A DNA stretch of 64,000 bases from Andalucia godoyi And28 (lineage: Eukaryota > Protista > Jakobida): NCBI GenBank assembly GCA_009859145.1, contig VRVR01000028.1, positions 222,438 through 286,437 on the forward strand. Reading direction: 5' to 3'. The notes below the pieces were generated by a model. That model was not told where the DNA came from and made no database searches. It saw only the letters and a program-made list of their open reading frames with translations. This document shows positions 30,225-40,246 of the stretch, piece by piece. Each line of letters opens with the position of its first letter. Positions within the stretch are counted from its first letter, which is position 1. The position numbers and the translations under genes are program-made.

Positions 30225-32366
30225 TTACGCCTGCTTGGAAGCAGCACCACCACGTTCTAGGTCAATTTCCTTTGCAAGCTGGTCGATTTTGTTGAACTGC
30301 CATGGCCAGCGCACATTGTAGAGGAACTGCCTAAGATCAAAGCGGTTGTCCTCAGGCGAATAGTTCTCTGCGTGGTAAGACGGAGTGAGGGTCGTCATCT
30401 TGTGGCGATTGATCGAGTAAAACTTGAAAAAGTGCTTGACCTTTTCCGCGACAGCCGTTGCAGGCAGTGAATTCCACTTGTATGCCAATGTCTTGAACAT
30501 GGATACCGGTCCCTGACGCCCGATCTTCCTGAGCCGTCCATAGATAGAGAGCTCTTCGTACGACATTCCCATGTCTTCCTCGTCCGTCTGGACATACGAG
30601 TCGGTGATCGGCCGAAGCTCTGCTGTGGGCGGCGCAGTTTCGACATCAAGCAGAGAAGGATATCCGAGATTGGCTCCCGCCCAGCGCAAGAAGCGCTTGA
30701 TGTCGACCTTGGAAATAGATCCAATGGGGTTCACATCTGCAGAGGAGCAATCGTACTTTGTCATGTATCCTCTAAGCCCCTCGTCGACGTTCGCAGATCC
30801 CAAGACCAGCAACGCACCCTGTCCTCCACGCACCCAAGGGATGAGCTGGGCGAAAAAGTACGACATGACCATTCGGATGCGGGCTTGAATATTCTGAAGA
30901 GCCAAATCCTCCGCGGCCGACCCTCCATGAACTGCAAACTTCGGCACTCGGCCCGTTGCAGCAGTAAAGAATGCAAGAATGGCGGATATGATCACGTCAA
31001 TCGAGGTGCTCATGTGATATGCTCCAATTTCCTCGCTGAGCTTCTTGGCTCGGTCGCGCGTTTCTTTAGATGAATTCTCCGTTCCCCAATACACAGTGCA
31101 AAAGATGCGGTTCGCCACATCCTTCGGATCGCTCGGGATATACTCTGGACCCTGTTTCGTGATGCGCTGGATGTCCCCAAGCACAGTCTGTGTCCCGGCC
31201 TGGCATTCCTTGACGATCAACTGGCACATGCATCCGATGATCGCGGCGGTGGACGACGAGTCGGCACCACCCGATAGGGGCAGGAAGAAACCGGCGACAC
31301 CGCAGCGACGCAAGTAGTCCCACAACCAGCACGCTGGACCATACGCAATCTCTTCTTCTGGAAGCAAGTACTTCACGGGCACCGCGTCGGAAAAGAACGC
31401 ACCAGTTGCTGCATTCCACGAGGGTCGTGAAGTTGTCAGCGCGGCGTTCACGTGGATGCGCAAAAGAGGCGATGGCGCAGCTGCTGCCTGGAAACCACGG
31501 GAAGCAGATCCGTTGCGATATTCGATGATGCTATCGAGATCCACGGTTGCTGTGATAATTTCCGAGTCCTTGAGCGAAAACTGCGATCCTTGGGCCAGCA
31601 GTTGTCCGTTCAAAAACACCATGGAGGAGCCATCATAGTACAACCGTCCTCCGTCACAGCCCTTTTGGTTCGCATAGAGGTACAGTCCACCTGCCTTTGC
31701 CGTAGCAGAACGTAGTAACTCCACACGAGTGTCCAGCTTCCGCAACTGGTGATGCGATCCTGAGCCATTTCCAATGATTTCCGCTCCGTCCAAGAACAAC
31801 TGGATGTGTGGAGCATCCGGAGTAAACAGCTCCTCACAAGTTTCTGTCCCAAAGGACGTATCCGTGAATTGCAGCACAGCGCAACCAAAGGGAACGCTGG
31901 AAGGATGGTCTGCAGGGCATGCACTGCGAACCACAGAAGGCAATGCGATCGGCTCCGTGGTGTATCCACCTTGCCAGGCTACAAAGTACCGCATCTCACG
32001 GTAATTTCCGTCCTGCGCCAGGAACAACTTTGGGCGAATGAGCAAAATACGGCGATTATAGACGTACACGCGGCAATTGTAGCGAACCGAACGATGGATT
32101 ACACACATTCCGATGTCGCAAAGGATGCCGTCGGTTGCATCCGTTGCCATGATAGCCGCAAGGCTTTCCCAGGAATGTTCATACGTATCCGGCTCAAGAA
32201 AATGGTCTTCACAGCCATATCCGGAAAGCTCAAGCTCAGGGCCAATTCGATACGACGCCCCACGACGCTTGGCTTCTCGAATTGAATCCAGCGTTCGCGT
32301 CAAGTTGCCTTCAAAATCCAGGGCCCATTGGTTGAGATTGCATGTTGCAACGGTGATCACTCGCAT
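30225..32366 (-). CDS. NADSYN1: Glutamine-dependent NAD+ synthetase
   Basis: Nitrilase-like domain (TCNLNQWALDF, GPELE, RPK, ETCEEL) fused to an NAD synthase domain (PLSGGADS, ALQNIQARIRM, YMTKYDCSSADVNPIG, EDNRFDLR). Confidence 0.98.
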   Translation of the reverse strand: MRVITVATCNLNQWALDFEGNLTRTLDSIREAKRRGASYRIGPELELSGYGCEDHFLEPDTYEHSWESLAAIMATDATDGILCDIGMCVIHRSVRYNCRVYVYNRRILLIRPKLFLAQDGNYREMRYFVAWQGGYTTEPIALPSVVRSACPADHPSSVPFGCAVLQFTDTSFGTETCEELFTPDAPHIQLFLDGAEIIGNGSGSHHQLRKLDTRVELLRSATAKAGGLYLYANQKGCDGGRLYYDGSSMVFLNGQLLAQGSQFSLKDSEIITATVDLDSIIEYRNGSASRGFQAAAAPSPLLRIHVNAALTTSRPSWNAATGAFFSDAVPVKYLLPEEEIAYGPACWLWDYLRRCGVAGFFLPLSGGADSSSTAAIIGCMCQLIVKECQAGTQTVLGDIQRITKQGPEYIPSDPKDVANRIFCTVYWGTENSSKETRDRAKKLSEEIGAYHMSTSIDVIISAILAFFTAATGRVPKFAVHGGSAAEDLALQNIQARIRMVMSYFFAQLIPWVRGGQGALLVLGSANVDEGLRGYMTKYDCSSADVNPIGSISKVDIKRFLRWAGANLGYPSLLDVETAPPTAELRPITDSYVQTDEEDMGMSYEELSIYGRLRKIGRQGPVSMFKTLAYKWNSLPATAVAEKVKHFFKFYSINRHKMTTLTPSYHAENYSPEDNRFDLRQFLYNVRWPWQFNKIDQLAKEIDLERGGAASKQA

Positions 32367-32399
32367 CTTTTGCCCTTTCCTTGGTGGATGAAGCAGAAT

Positions 32400-32510
32400 G
32401 AGAGACAGAGAGACAGTGAGACAGTGAGAGACAGAGAGAGACAGTAAGAGACAGTGAGAGAGAGAAACAGAGAAACAAAGAGAGAAACAGAGAGAAAGAG
32501 AAAGAGAAAA
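32400..32510 (+). repeat. Compound GAGACA/GAGAAA purine-rich tract upstream of NAD synthetase
   Basis: Read directly from the sequence. Confidence 0.85.
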
Positions 32511-32935
32511 TAAATAAATAAATAATACAGAAGAAGGAAAATTACTGTCTTTTCTTCAAATAATTATTTGAAAATGCTTTGCTTGCCAAAGCGAAACGAT
32601 ACACAAGATAATGAGCAACACAGACCAGATTCCACAGCGACAGGTGTTGCCGGATAATGCGCAAAAAAGTGACAGCAGTCTGGAAAGGGTGACAGACACT
32701 CGCTTCTGTGGTGACCGATACAGTACATTATTTCGTCAAGTCAAGCGATGCATTTTAATGCAAGAGTTAAAATTTAAAAAAGAATCACCACACAAGACGA
32801 ACGGACCGTTTAAAAAACGTTCAACAATTTAAGAAAACCACCCCTGTTTTTTTTTGTTTTGGAAAGAACAGTCGTTTCATGAGCGAGCCGCCGACGAAAA
32901 GCCAGACCATCAATTCGTAATTGACAGAAATTTCT

Positions 32936-34009
32936 TTACAAAAGACACGTGGTTTCGAAAACCATTGCAGGAATCAGGTACGGGTCACAGTTGGAGGCCG
33001 GGCGTCTGTCCTCGAGGTATCCCTTTTGGAGGCGCTCGGAGTCACGGGGAACACGGATTGACGCACCGCGGTTGGCAACACCCCAGGAGAATCTGTCCAT
33101 GGGCGCGGTTTCGTGGCGTCCGGTCAAGCGACGCTCGTTTCCTTCACCATATGCAGTGATGTGCTGTGCATGGCGCTGTCCGAGCTTTTCGCAAGCCTCG
33201 ACAATGTACTTCCAGCCACCGTCCTCACGCATGGGCTTGGTGGAAAAGTTCGTGTGGCAGCCGGAGCCGTTCCAGTCACCAGGAATGGGCTTGGGGTCCA
33301 GCGAAACACGGACACCAAAGTCCTCGGCAACACGGTTCAGCAAGTAACGGGCACACAAGAGCTGGTCACCCATGTCAAGTCCCAGCACTGGTCCGACCTG
33401 GAACTCCCACTGGCCAGGCATAACCTCTCCGTTGATTCCGGAGATCTGGATGCCCGCATTCAAGCAGCAGCGATAGTGCGCCTCGACGATTTCACGGCCA
33501 AATGCATTCTCTGCACCGACCGAGCAGTAGTAGGGACCCTGTTCACCGGGGTATCCGCCTTTGGGCCATCCCAGAGGCCAGTTGTCGGCCGAGAAGAGGG
33601 CGAACTCCTGCTCCATTCCAAACCAAGGCTCGAGCTCCTTCTTCTGTGCAAACACGCGCTCCGCAAAGACGCGGGTGTTTCCAGGCAGCGGAGTCATGTC
33701 TGGCTTGTAGCAATCGCAGATGACAATCACATTGTCACCACCGCGGAACGGGTCCTTGAAAATGCGCTGGGGCTTCAGAAGAACCTCGGAGTCATTTCCG
33801 GGGGCCTGACCAGTCGACGAGCCATCGAAGTTCCAGATGGGAAGCGCCTCGGGAGTGGCGGGCACAGACTTGGGAACAGTCTTGCACTTGGATCGGATAT
33901 CACGACCAGATCCGCCAACCCACACATACTCCGCCTGGTAAACATCCAGGTTGATCGAGAGCTGCATGTAGCGGTCACGGAGGGCCTTGTCCAAAACGAC
34001 GGTCGACAT
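32936..34009 (-). CDS. GLN1: Glutamine synthetase type II
   Basis: [64 protein letters not shown] and [11 protein letters not shown]. Confidence 0.98.
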   Translation of the reverse strand: MSTVVLDKALRDRYMQLSINLDVYQAEYVWVGGSGRDIRSKCKTVPKSVPATPEALPIWNFDGSSTGQAPGNDSEVLLKPQRIFKDPFRGGDNVIVICDCYKPDMTPLPGNTRVFAERVFAQKKELEPWFGMEQEFALFSADNWPLGWPKGGYPGEQGPYYCSVGAENAFGREIVEAHYRCCLNAGIQISGINGEVMPGQWEFQVGPVLGLDMGDQLLCARYLLNRVAEDFGVRVSLDPKPIPGDWNGSGCHTNFSTKPMREDGGWKYIVEACEKLGQRHAQHITAYGEGNERRLTGRHETAPMDRFSWGVANRGASIRVPRDSERLQKGYLEDRRPASNCDPYLIPAMVFETTCLL

Positions 34010-34075
34010 TTGCTGAGATATTTTTTTTCCTCCTATGTTCTTTCGGATTGAAAAGATATAAAAATCCCACGATTG

Positions 34076-34084
<9 letters not shown>

Positions 34085-34150
<66 letters not shown>
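34085..34150 (+). repeat. (GA)n microsatellite upstream of glutamine synthetase
   Basis: Read directly from the sequence. Confidence 0.9.
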
Positions 34151-34154
<4 letters not shown>

Positions 34155-34700
34155 ACAAAGGAAGAAAAGGAAGGGGAAAAGTTGGAGCGAAGACGTCAGA
34201 GGCTTTGAGGATTTTGAAATTGATTTTGGTGCGAAACTCGGGGAAAAGAGGGTTCATCGTGCGGAAATGGGGCCCGGCATCTGGTGCGTACACGCTGCAA
34301 ACGGGTAAGGCTTATGTGAAGGGCAGGTCTCTGGGGTTCTTCGGAATCCAGAGATTCTGCATGCAGCAGCAAGATTGGTGTTGATGCTCCTGCGGATGGA
34401 AAGCTCAGCTCCACCAGGAATACCAAATTAGGCAATTGCTCGCATCTCTGCGAGTGCCAACGGAATCTCCGACATCCCAAAAATATATAAAGAAATCCCC
34501 CCCCTCGGCTGACTGCTCTGGCTCGTGTCGCCCTTTCCCACACAAATACAATCCGCCCAGCCGTCACGGGCGAATGGGGTCAGCCGCAGAATTTTAGTTT
34601 CTTAATTTTCTTTATCATTAAACATAAAATAATTATCATTATAAAACTCTTTTTCTCTTTTCTTTTCATTTTCTTTCCTCCTCCTCCAGTCCTTCGCTGG

Positions 34701-37700
34701 ATGTTCCGTACTGCTTCTGCTTTTTTCCTCTCGTCTTCCTCCGTTTGCACCCGGTTTGCTTCATCCGCGAAACCAGTTTCCTCGTATCTTCTGAAACTAC
34801 AAGGCTGCACGCTCGCTCCCGTAACCCACCCTGCGTCGCTATCGCCTTTACCGACCTCGAACTTCTTCCCAACGACTATGGTGAAGCACTCTTCTTCGCA
34901 AGCTGCGCTGGATGCACTCCGCCAGACCCGTCGGGCAACGGCACCAGTCACCTCAGCCGACGAAGCGCTGTACAACAGGATTTCTGCTGTGTCACCGAAC
35001 GGCAAAGTCACCGTTCGCTCTGTGATCCAAGTGCTCGAGAAGCTAGGAATCCGCGTGCTCTCCGACGAGCGGCTGGCACCTATTTTTGCACCGCTGCTCA
35101 CATCCGACGACCCCGTGCTGGAACTTGCGGACCTGGTTTCGTTGGAGCGAAAATCCCTGTTGGTGGAGCGTGCATTGCACGGACTGTTGGTGATTCCGGA
35201 TTGGTCGGCATTTACTGCGGACATTGCGGACATTGCAAACAGGGTTGCCGGAAACAAGAGTGGTGACGTGGCACGGTACATTCCGCAGCTGGCTCGAGTG
35301 AATCCAGAGCAGTTTGGAGTTTCCGTGTGTTCCGTAGACGGGCAGCGATTTTCAGTGGGTCAGTCGAACGTGCCTTTTTGCGTGCAGTCGTGCTCCAAGG
35401 TTATCACCTATTGCATGGCCCTCGAGGAGCACGGAGAAGAAACAGTGCACAAGCACATTGGACGTGAGCCTTCGGGCAGAAACTTCAACGAGCTTGTACT
35501 GAACAAAGACAAGCTGCCACACAACCCGTATATCAATTCAGGTGCCATCATGGCAGTCTCGCTAATCCATCCTTCGCTCCCCTGGCATGAACGGATCGAC
35601 CGAACATTCAAGACTTGGTCCGATCTCGCAGGACATACGCCAATCTCGTTTGATAATGCAACCTACCTCTCCGAGTCGTCGACTGCGGATCGCAACTTCA
35701 CGCTTGGCTACATGATGAAGGAAGCTGGTAAGTTCCCAGAAGGGTCCGTTCTCGAGGAAGTGCTGAACTTTTATTTCATGATGTGCTCCATCGAAAACAC
35801 TGGAGAGCAGATGGCCACGATCGCGGCGACGCTTGCCAACGGTGGTGTTTGCCCGATCACGGGACAGCGCGTGTTCCAAGAGACCACTGTCCGTAACGCG
35901 CTGTCTCTGATGAGCTCGTGCGGGATGTATGATTACTCGGGGGAGTTTGCATTCTCCGTTGGATTTCCTTCCAAGTCCGGAGTGGCAGGATCTTTGATGG
36001 TATGCATCCCGGGAGTCGGTGGATTTTGCACGTGGTCCCCGCGGCTGGACAAGCTGGGGAACTCTGTGCGCGGAATTGACTTTTGCCGCGAACTGTCCGC
36101 ACGCTACAACTTTCATACGTTCGATTCGATTGACGACGGATCGAACGGAGCCACCAGCAAGAACAAACAGCTGACTTCCGTGGGCGGAAAGAGTATCAAG
36201 AAGGACCCTCGACACAAGTCCCAGAAGGATTCCCGCGTCGACGAGGTTTCGCAAATGCTGTATGCTGCGTCCGTTGGCGATACAATGCGCCTGCTGCAGC
36301 TGTTTGCTCGAGGAGCAAGCTTGGAGTCCGCGGACTATGACGGCCGAACTGCCCTGCATTTGGCTGCCTCGGAGGGACACATCGAAGCCGTTCAGTATGT
36401 TCTTACCAAGGTGTCCAACATCAGCCCCCTGGATCGGTTCGGAAACACTCCTCTGGACGATGCTCACCGCCACGGCCATCTCGAGGTTGCGGCTCTTATT
36501 CAAGAGTCTGTCAAGGATGGCGCACGGCAGATCCCGAAATTCAAGGCTGAAGAGGAACGATTCTTGTTTGCAATCGATTTGGGTGGCAACGGAACAGTTT
36601 CCCGAAGAGAGTTTAGGCATGTCTTCGAGGTTTGCGGCCTGGCACTCGCGAACCATCCGCAGATTGCAGCATGTTTCAACAAAACTTTTGGAGACTCGGC
36701 TATGAATGGATCCATTCTGGACGACAGTCATCTGGACCTTCCGGTGACCGAACAGGACTTCAGAAAGTTGCTGTCGCCATCAAACGGGAACGCAGCTGCC
36801 GTCATTCACAAGGTGCTAACGGGCACCCTGGTCGTTCCGGATTTTGCTTCTTTGGAAAAGGACCTCAGGCGCATCTATGGTCGCGTTCAATCTGTGAATC
36901 ATGCTGCAGAGAACGCAAAGAATGCTGCGTACATTCCCCAGTTGGCATCGGTGGATCCGGATGTGTTCGGAGCTGCAGTGTGCACTGTGGATGGCCAGAG
37001 ATGCTTCATGGGAGACGCGCACGTACCATTCACAATGCAGCATTGCGCAAACGTTCTTACGTACTGTGCTGCGTTGGAGTCCAAAGGAGAAGATGTTGTG
37101 CACGAGAAAGTTGGTCGGGAGCCGTCTGGTCTCGTCGGAGATCATCTGACGCTGAACCACAAGAACCGTCCTCACAACCCATTCACCAATGCGGGGGCTC
37201 TTGCCTGCGGCTCTTTCTTGTATGAAAAGGAGCCCCTTGCGGACCGCTACGATCATATGATGCAGTTGGCGCGCCAGAGCACCGGTTTCCGAGACGAGAA
37301 CAAGAGCACCTCTGGCCACATTGGGTTTTCTCTGTCGGTCTTTGTTGCCGAGTACAACCATTCTGACCGCAACAAGTGCCTTCTTTACCACATGCGCGAA
37401 AAGGGCGTTTTCGAGGGAACTGCCAATCTGGACGAGTTTCTTCAGCTATACTTGATGATGTGCTCCCTCGAGATGGACTGCGCCTCCATGTCTGTTTTTG
37501 CGGCCACGTTGGCCTCCGGAGGAATTTGTCCGATTACTGGCGAGCGTGTGTTCCAAAACTCAACGGTTCGTGCTGCCTTGTCACTCATGGCCTCGTGCGG
37601 CATGTATGATTTCTCTGGAGAATGGGCGTTTGCCATTGGTGTTCCTGCCGTCGCAGGAGCCTCGGGTGCCCTCATGTTGGTCATCCCGGGAGTCATGGGC

Positions 37701-38186
37701 ATTGCGCTGCTCTCGCCTCCCCTGAACAGCTCCAAGATATCTGCGCGCGGTGTTGCATTCTCCCGTATGCTTACTGACTCGTATGCGTTCCATGCATTTG
37801 ATGCTGCCGCCGCAACTGCATCCGGAACATCGGTCAAGAAGGACCCGCGCATCTGGAGACTGGTTCCTTCTCTTGCGGACGTGTCGCTGCTTTGCGCTGC
37901 GGCTGCTCAAGACGATGTCCCGGAGGTTCGCAGACTGCTTGCTCGCAGAATTAATGTCAATGCAGGTGACTATGATGGTCGTACGGCTCTTCATGTTGCC
38001 GCCTCCGCTGGCCATGAGGCGACTGTCCTGGTGCTTCTCAACTACGGCGCCGACCCGCTTGTTCGTGATCGCTGGGGAGCAACGCCACTGGATGATTCTC
38101 GAAACAACGGGTTCGAGGTTTGTGTCGCAGCCATGGAGAGCTCGCTGGTGCACTCTTCCGATGCCAAGAAGCGAATCGGTGTGTAG
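34701..38186 (+). CDS. GLS: Internally duplicated glutaminase: [glutaminase-ankyrin] x2, second catalytic domain degenerate; possible mitochondrial presequence
   Basis: Module 1: YIPQLA, QSCSK, EPSGRNFN, HNPYINSGA, CGMYDYSG, PSKSG, then ankyrins (DYDGRTALHLAA, DRFGNTPL). Module 2: YIPQLA, QHCAN, EPSGLVGD, HNPFTNAGA, CGMYDFSG, PAVAG, then ankyrins (DYDGRTALHVAA, DRWGATPL). The N-terminus is Ser/Arg/Phe-rich and lacks acidic residues. Confidence 0.93.
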   Translation: MFRTASAFFLSSSSVCTRFASSAKPVSSYLLKLQGCTLAPVTHPASLSPLPTSNFFPTTMVKHSSSQAALDALRQTRRATAPVTSADEALYNRISAVSPNGKVTVRSVIQVLEKLGIRVLSDERLAPIFAPLLTSDDPVLELADLVSLERKSLLVERALHGLLVIPDWSAFTADIADIANRVAGNKSGDVARYIPQLARVNPEQFGVSVCSVDGQRFSVGQSNVPFCVQSCSKVITYCMALEEHGEETVHKHIGREPSGRNFNELVLNKDKLPHNPYINSGAIMAVSLIHPSLPWHERIDRTFKTWSDLAGHTPISFDNATYLSESSTADRNFTLGYMMKEAGKFPEGSVLEEVLNFYFMMCSIENTGEQMATIAATLANGGVCPITGQRVFQETTVRNALSLMSSCGMYDYSGEFAFSVGFPSKSGVAGSLMVCIPGVGGFCTWSPRLDKLGNSVRGIDFCRELSARYNFHTFDSIDDGSNGATSKNKQLTSVGGKSIKKDPRHKSQKDSRVDEVSQMLYAASVGDTMRLLQLFARGASLESADYDGRTALHLAASEGHIEAVQYVLTKVSNISPLDRFGNTPLDDAHRHGHLEVAALIQESVKDGARQIPKFKAEEERFLFAIDLGGNGTVSRREFRHVFEVCGLALANHPQIAACFNKTFGDSAMNGSILDDSHLDLPVTEQDFRKLLSPSNGNAAAVIHKVLTGTLVVPDFASLEKDLRRIYGRVQSVNHAAENAKNAAYIPQLASVDPDVFGAAVCTVDGQRCFMGDAHVPFTMQHCANVLTYCAALESKGEDVVHEKVGREPSGLVGDHLTLNHKNRPHNPFTNAGALACGSFLYEKEPLADRYDHMMQLARQSTGFRDENKSTSGHIGFSLSVFVAEYNHSDRNKCLLYHMREKGVFEGTANLDEFLQLYLMMCSLEMDCASMSVFAATLASGGICPITGERVFQNSTVRAALSLMASCGMYDFSGEWAFAIGVPAVAGASGALMLVIPGVMGIALLSPPLNSSKISARGVAFSRMLTDSYAFHAFDAAAATASGTSVKKDPRIWRLVPSLADVSLLCAAAAQDDVPEVRRLLARRINVNAGDYDGRTALHVAASAGHEATVLVLLNYGADPLVRDRWGATPLDDSRNNGFEVCVAAMESSLVHSSDAKKRIGV

Positions 38187-38467
38187 CGCCGCTTCCATAA
38201 AATTGAATTCCGAGATTCCGAGATTTCTTCCCACTCATCCGTTTTCTGCTTTTTTTCTTTTCTTCTTTTCCCTTTGTGGCTAGTGCTGCTTTCTCTCTTG
38301 GGCGGGGGGTGAGCCACTGCATGTTTTGTTGCGCGCGTCCATAGCGGATGTGCTTGGAAAAACGAATAAACCGGTGAATGAAAGTCTCGCAGTGATGATT
38401 TGGTACAATCGATGTCAGATACAAATGGTACATTATTTACAGGATTCATAAAAAGAGAAGGACAAGA

Positions 38468-40246
38468 TCATTGCGCGTACGAGTTTTCGAGCTCGCTAGC
38501 GAAACTGTCTACGTCCACATCAAACTGCAGTAATTGTCCTTTGAAGCGCATCGTCGACGATCCAGTCGGGGTGGGTGCCGATTCTATACTCGAGTCCCCA
38601 GAGTTCGACAATGGAACCCGTGTTGGAGGAGGTGCGTCGACACTGGAGAATGTCGACCCACCGGAGGATGCAGGCAGCACGACGGAAGACTCTGAGCCCA
38701 TTCCACCGGTGGTCGCTGCGGTATGGAGACTCGCAGGCGACGGTGGCGGCAGCAATGACGGCGGAAATGCTCCATGGCCCATCAAGGAATCCCGCGCCGA
38801 TGCAAAATGGGCATAGAGAGGATGACCGTGATTCATGATGTTGAACGGGTTGTACTGCAGAAGGCTGTCTGACATGGCTCGCTGCAAAGGAGGAAGCGGA
38901 CGATCGTGGTGATGTGCGGCGTGTGGGTGCCACTGCGTTGCGTGTGGAACGGAATGATGTTGTTGGGGGATCTGCGGAATCGCCGACGGACTTTGAAGAG
39001 GATGTGGATGCGAACCTGCCAAGGAAACAGGAAAGCCACCACTGTGTATCACACAGCATGCATTCGTATTGGAATCGTAATGCGGAGACGGAGACGGAGA
39101 CAGAAACTGCGGAATGTGGCCATGCGAAGGAGCTGCCACCGGTCCTTGCACGTTGGGCGGTGCAAACGAAGACCTGGACAACGACAATGACGACGACGAA
39201 GAAGACGATGATGAGCAGAATGCAGAAGAATCCGAATGCAAAGAGGATGAGGAAGAGGAAGAGGAAGAGCAAGGGGCGATTGACGGGTGCTGTCCGGACG
39301 CATCTGCAGTTCCATTGCCATTCTGAGAAGACGCACGCGACGCCGCAACTCCGTGCAGCATGGACATGTCGTGCTGTTGGTTCGTGTTTCTCATGTTCAT
39401 CATTTCCATCGACATGAGAGCTTGCTGGGCAACCAGAGCATTCAGTGCAGCTCCACTCATCCGAAACCGCGCAGGCGAATCTGGTCGAGAAGACGCAGCA
39501 GAGCTTGGCTGACTGCCGGTTGACATTCCAGAATTCGCTGAAGCATTTCCGTGATATTGCAGCGTGATAGGTGAATTCGGTTGTGAAAAAACGCGTTCCA
39601 AGCTGAGATGCCGCGTTAGCGTCGGCGGCACTCGACTCTCATTGTGGTTGACGGCGAGATTATCATAGAAGCCACACGATGCTCGATTGAGAAAGTCGTG
39701 CGGTGTAACAACAACATTGTCCAAATCGTTTCTCAGCTGAACCAGCAACCCCGAGCGGGCCCTTAGCATCTCTTTCCATCTCGAGCGCATGAATGTGTCT
39801 TTCCTTCGAGGCATTTCTCGGGCAATTGAAGTCCATTTGTGCCCGTACAGCTTTAGCAAATATGTAAATTGAATCCATTCGGGCCTGGTGAACCGAGTCT
39901 TGTCAATCCTGGGATCGAGGACGCGGGACCAATGCTGATAGCACTCGGTCGCAGGAATGCCGTCTCCCACCATCGCCGCCACCGACTTCCAATTTCTCGG
40001 CCCAAGCTGCTCCACCGCACTGATCAATCGAGCGTCTTGCTCTACCGTCCATCGAATTGGGTGATGTTTCCCACGAGTCGAACTGTTACCGCTTCCTTCA
40101 TCGCCTTCGAAGTTCCCCCCGGAAAGGTCCGCATCCTGCATGGCATCCTCACTGGACTCCGGCGCTCCTTGCTGGTCTTCTTCATTCGACGAATTGCTGC
40201 TTGTCTTCGTCTGTGCATTCTCGTGTTTGTTGTGGTTGCTGTCCAT
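38468..40246 (-). CDS. MYB-domain (two repeats) transcription factor
   Basis: RWTVEQDARLISAVEQLGPRNWKSVA...CYQHWSRVLDP and LYGHKWTSIAREMPRR...RSRW, followed by a long S/H/P-rich region. Confidence 0.9.
   Translation of the reverse strand: MDSNHNKHENAQTKTSSNSSNEEDQQGAPESSEDAMQDADLSGGNFEGDEGSGNSSTRGKHHPIRWTVEQDARLISAVEQLGPRNWKSVAAMVGDGIPATECYQHWSRVLDPRIDKTRFTRPEWIQFTYLLKLYGHKWTSIAREMPRRKDTFMRSRWKEMLRARSGLLVQLRNDLDNVVVTPHDFLNRASCGFYDNLAVNHNESRVPPTLTRHLSLERVFSQPNSPITLQYHGNASANSGMSTGSQPSSAASSRPDSPARFRMSGAALNALVAQQALMSMEMMNMRNTNQQHDMSMLHGVAASRASSQNGNGTADASGQHPSIAPCSSSSSSSSSLHSDSSAFCSSSSSSSSSLSLSRSSFAPPNVQGPVAAPSHGHIPQFLSPSPSPHYDSNTNACCVIHSGGFPVSLAGSHPHPLQSPSAIPQIPQQHHSVPHATQWHPHAAHHHDRPLPPLQRAMSDSLLQYNPFNIMNHGHPLYAHFASARDSLMGHGAFPPSLLPPPSPASLHTAATTGGMGSESSVVLPASSGGSTFSSVDAPPPTRVPLSNSGDSSIESAPTPTGSSTMRFKGQLLQFDVDVDSFASELENSYAQ

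Noticed and set aside
33113-34051. Long antisense or alternative-frame ORFs (for example 33113-34051, 35562-36731, 14765-15775, 19691-21151)
   Set aside because: They overlap well-supported genes and have no motifs; they are shadows of codon bias.
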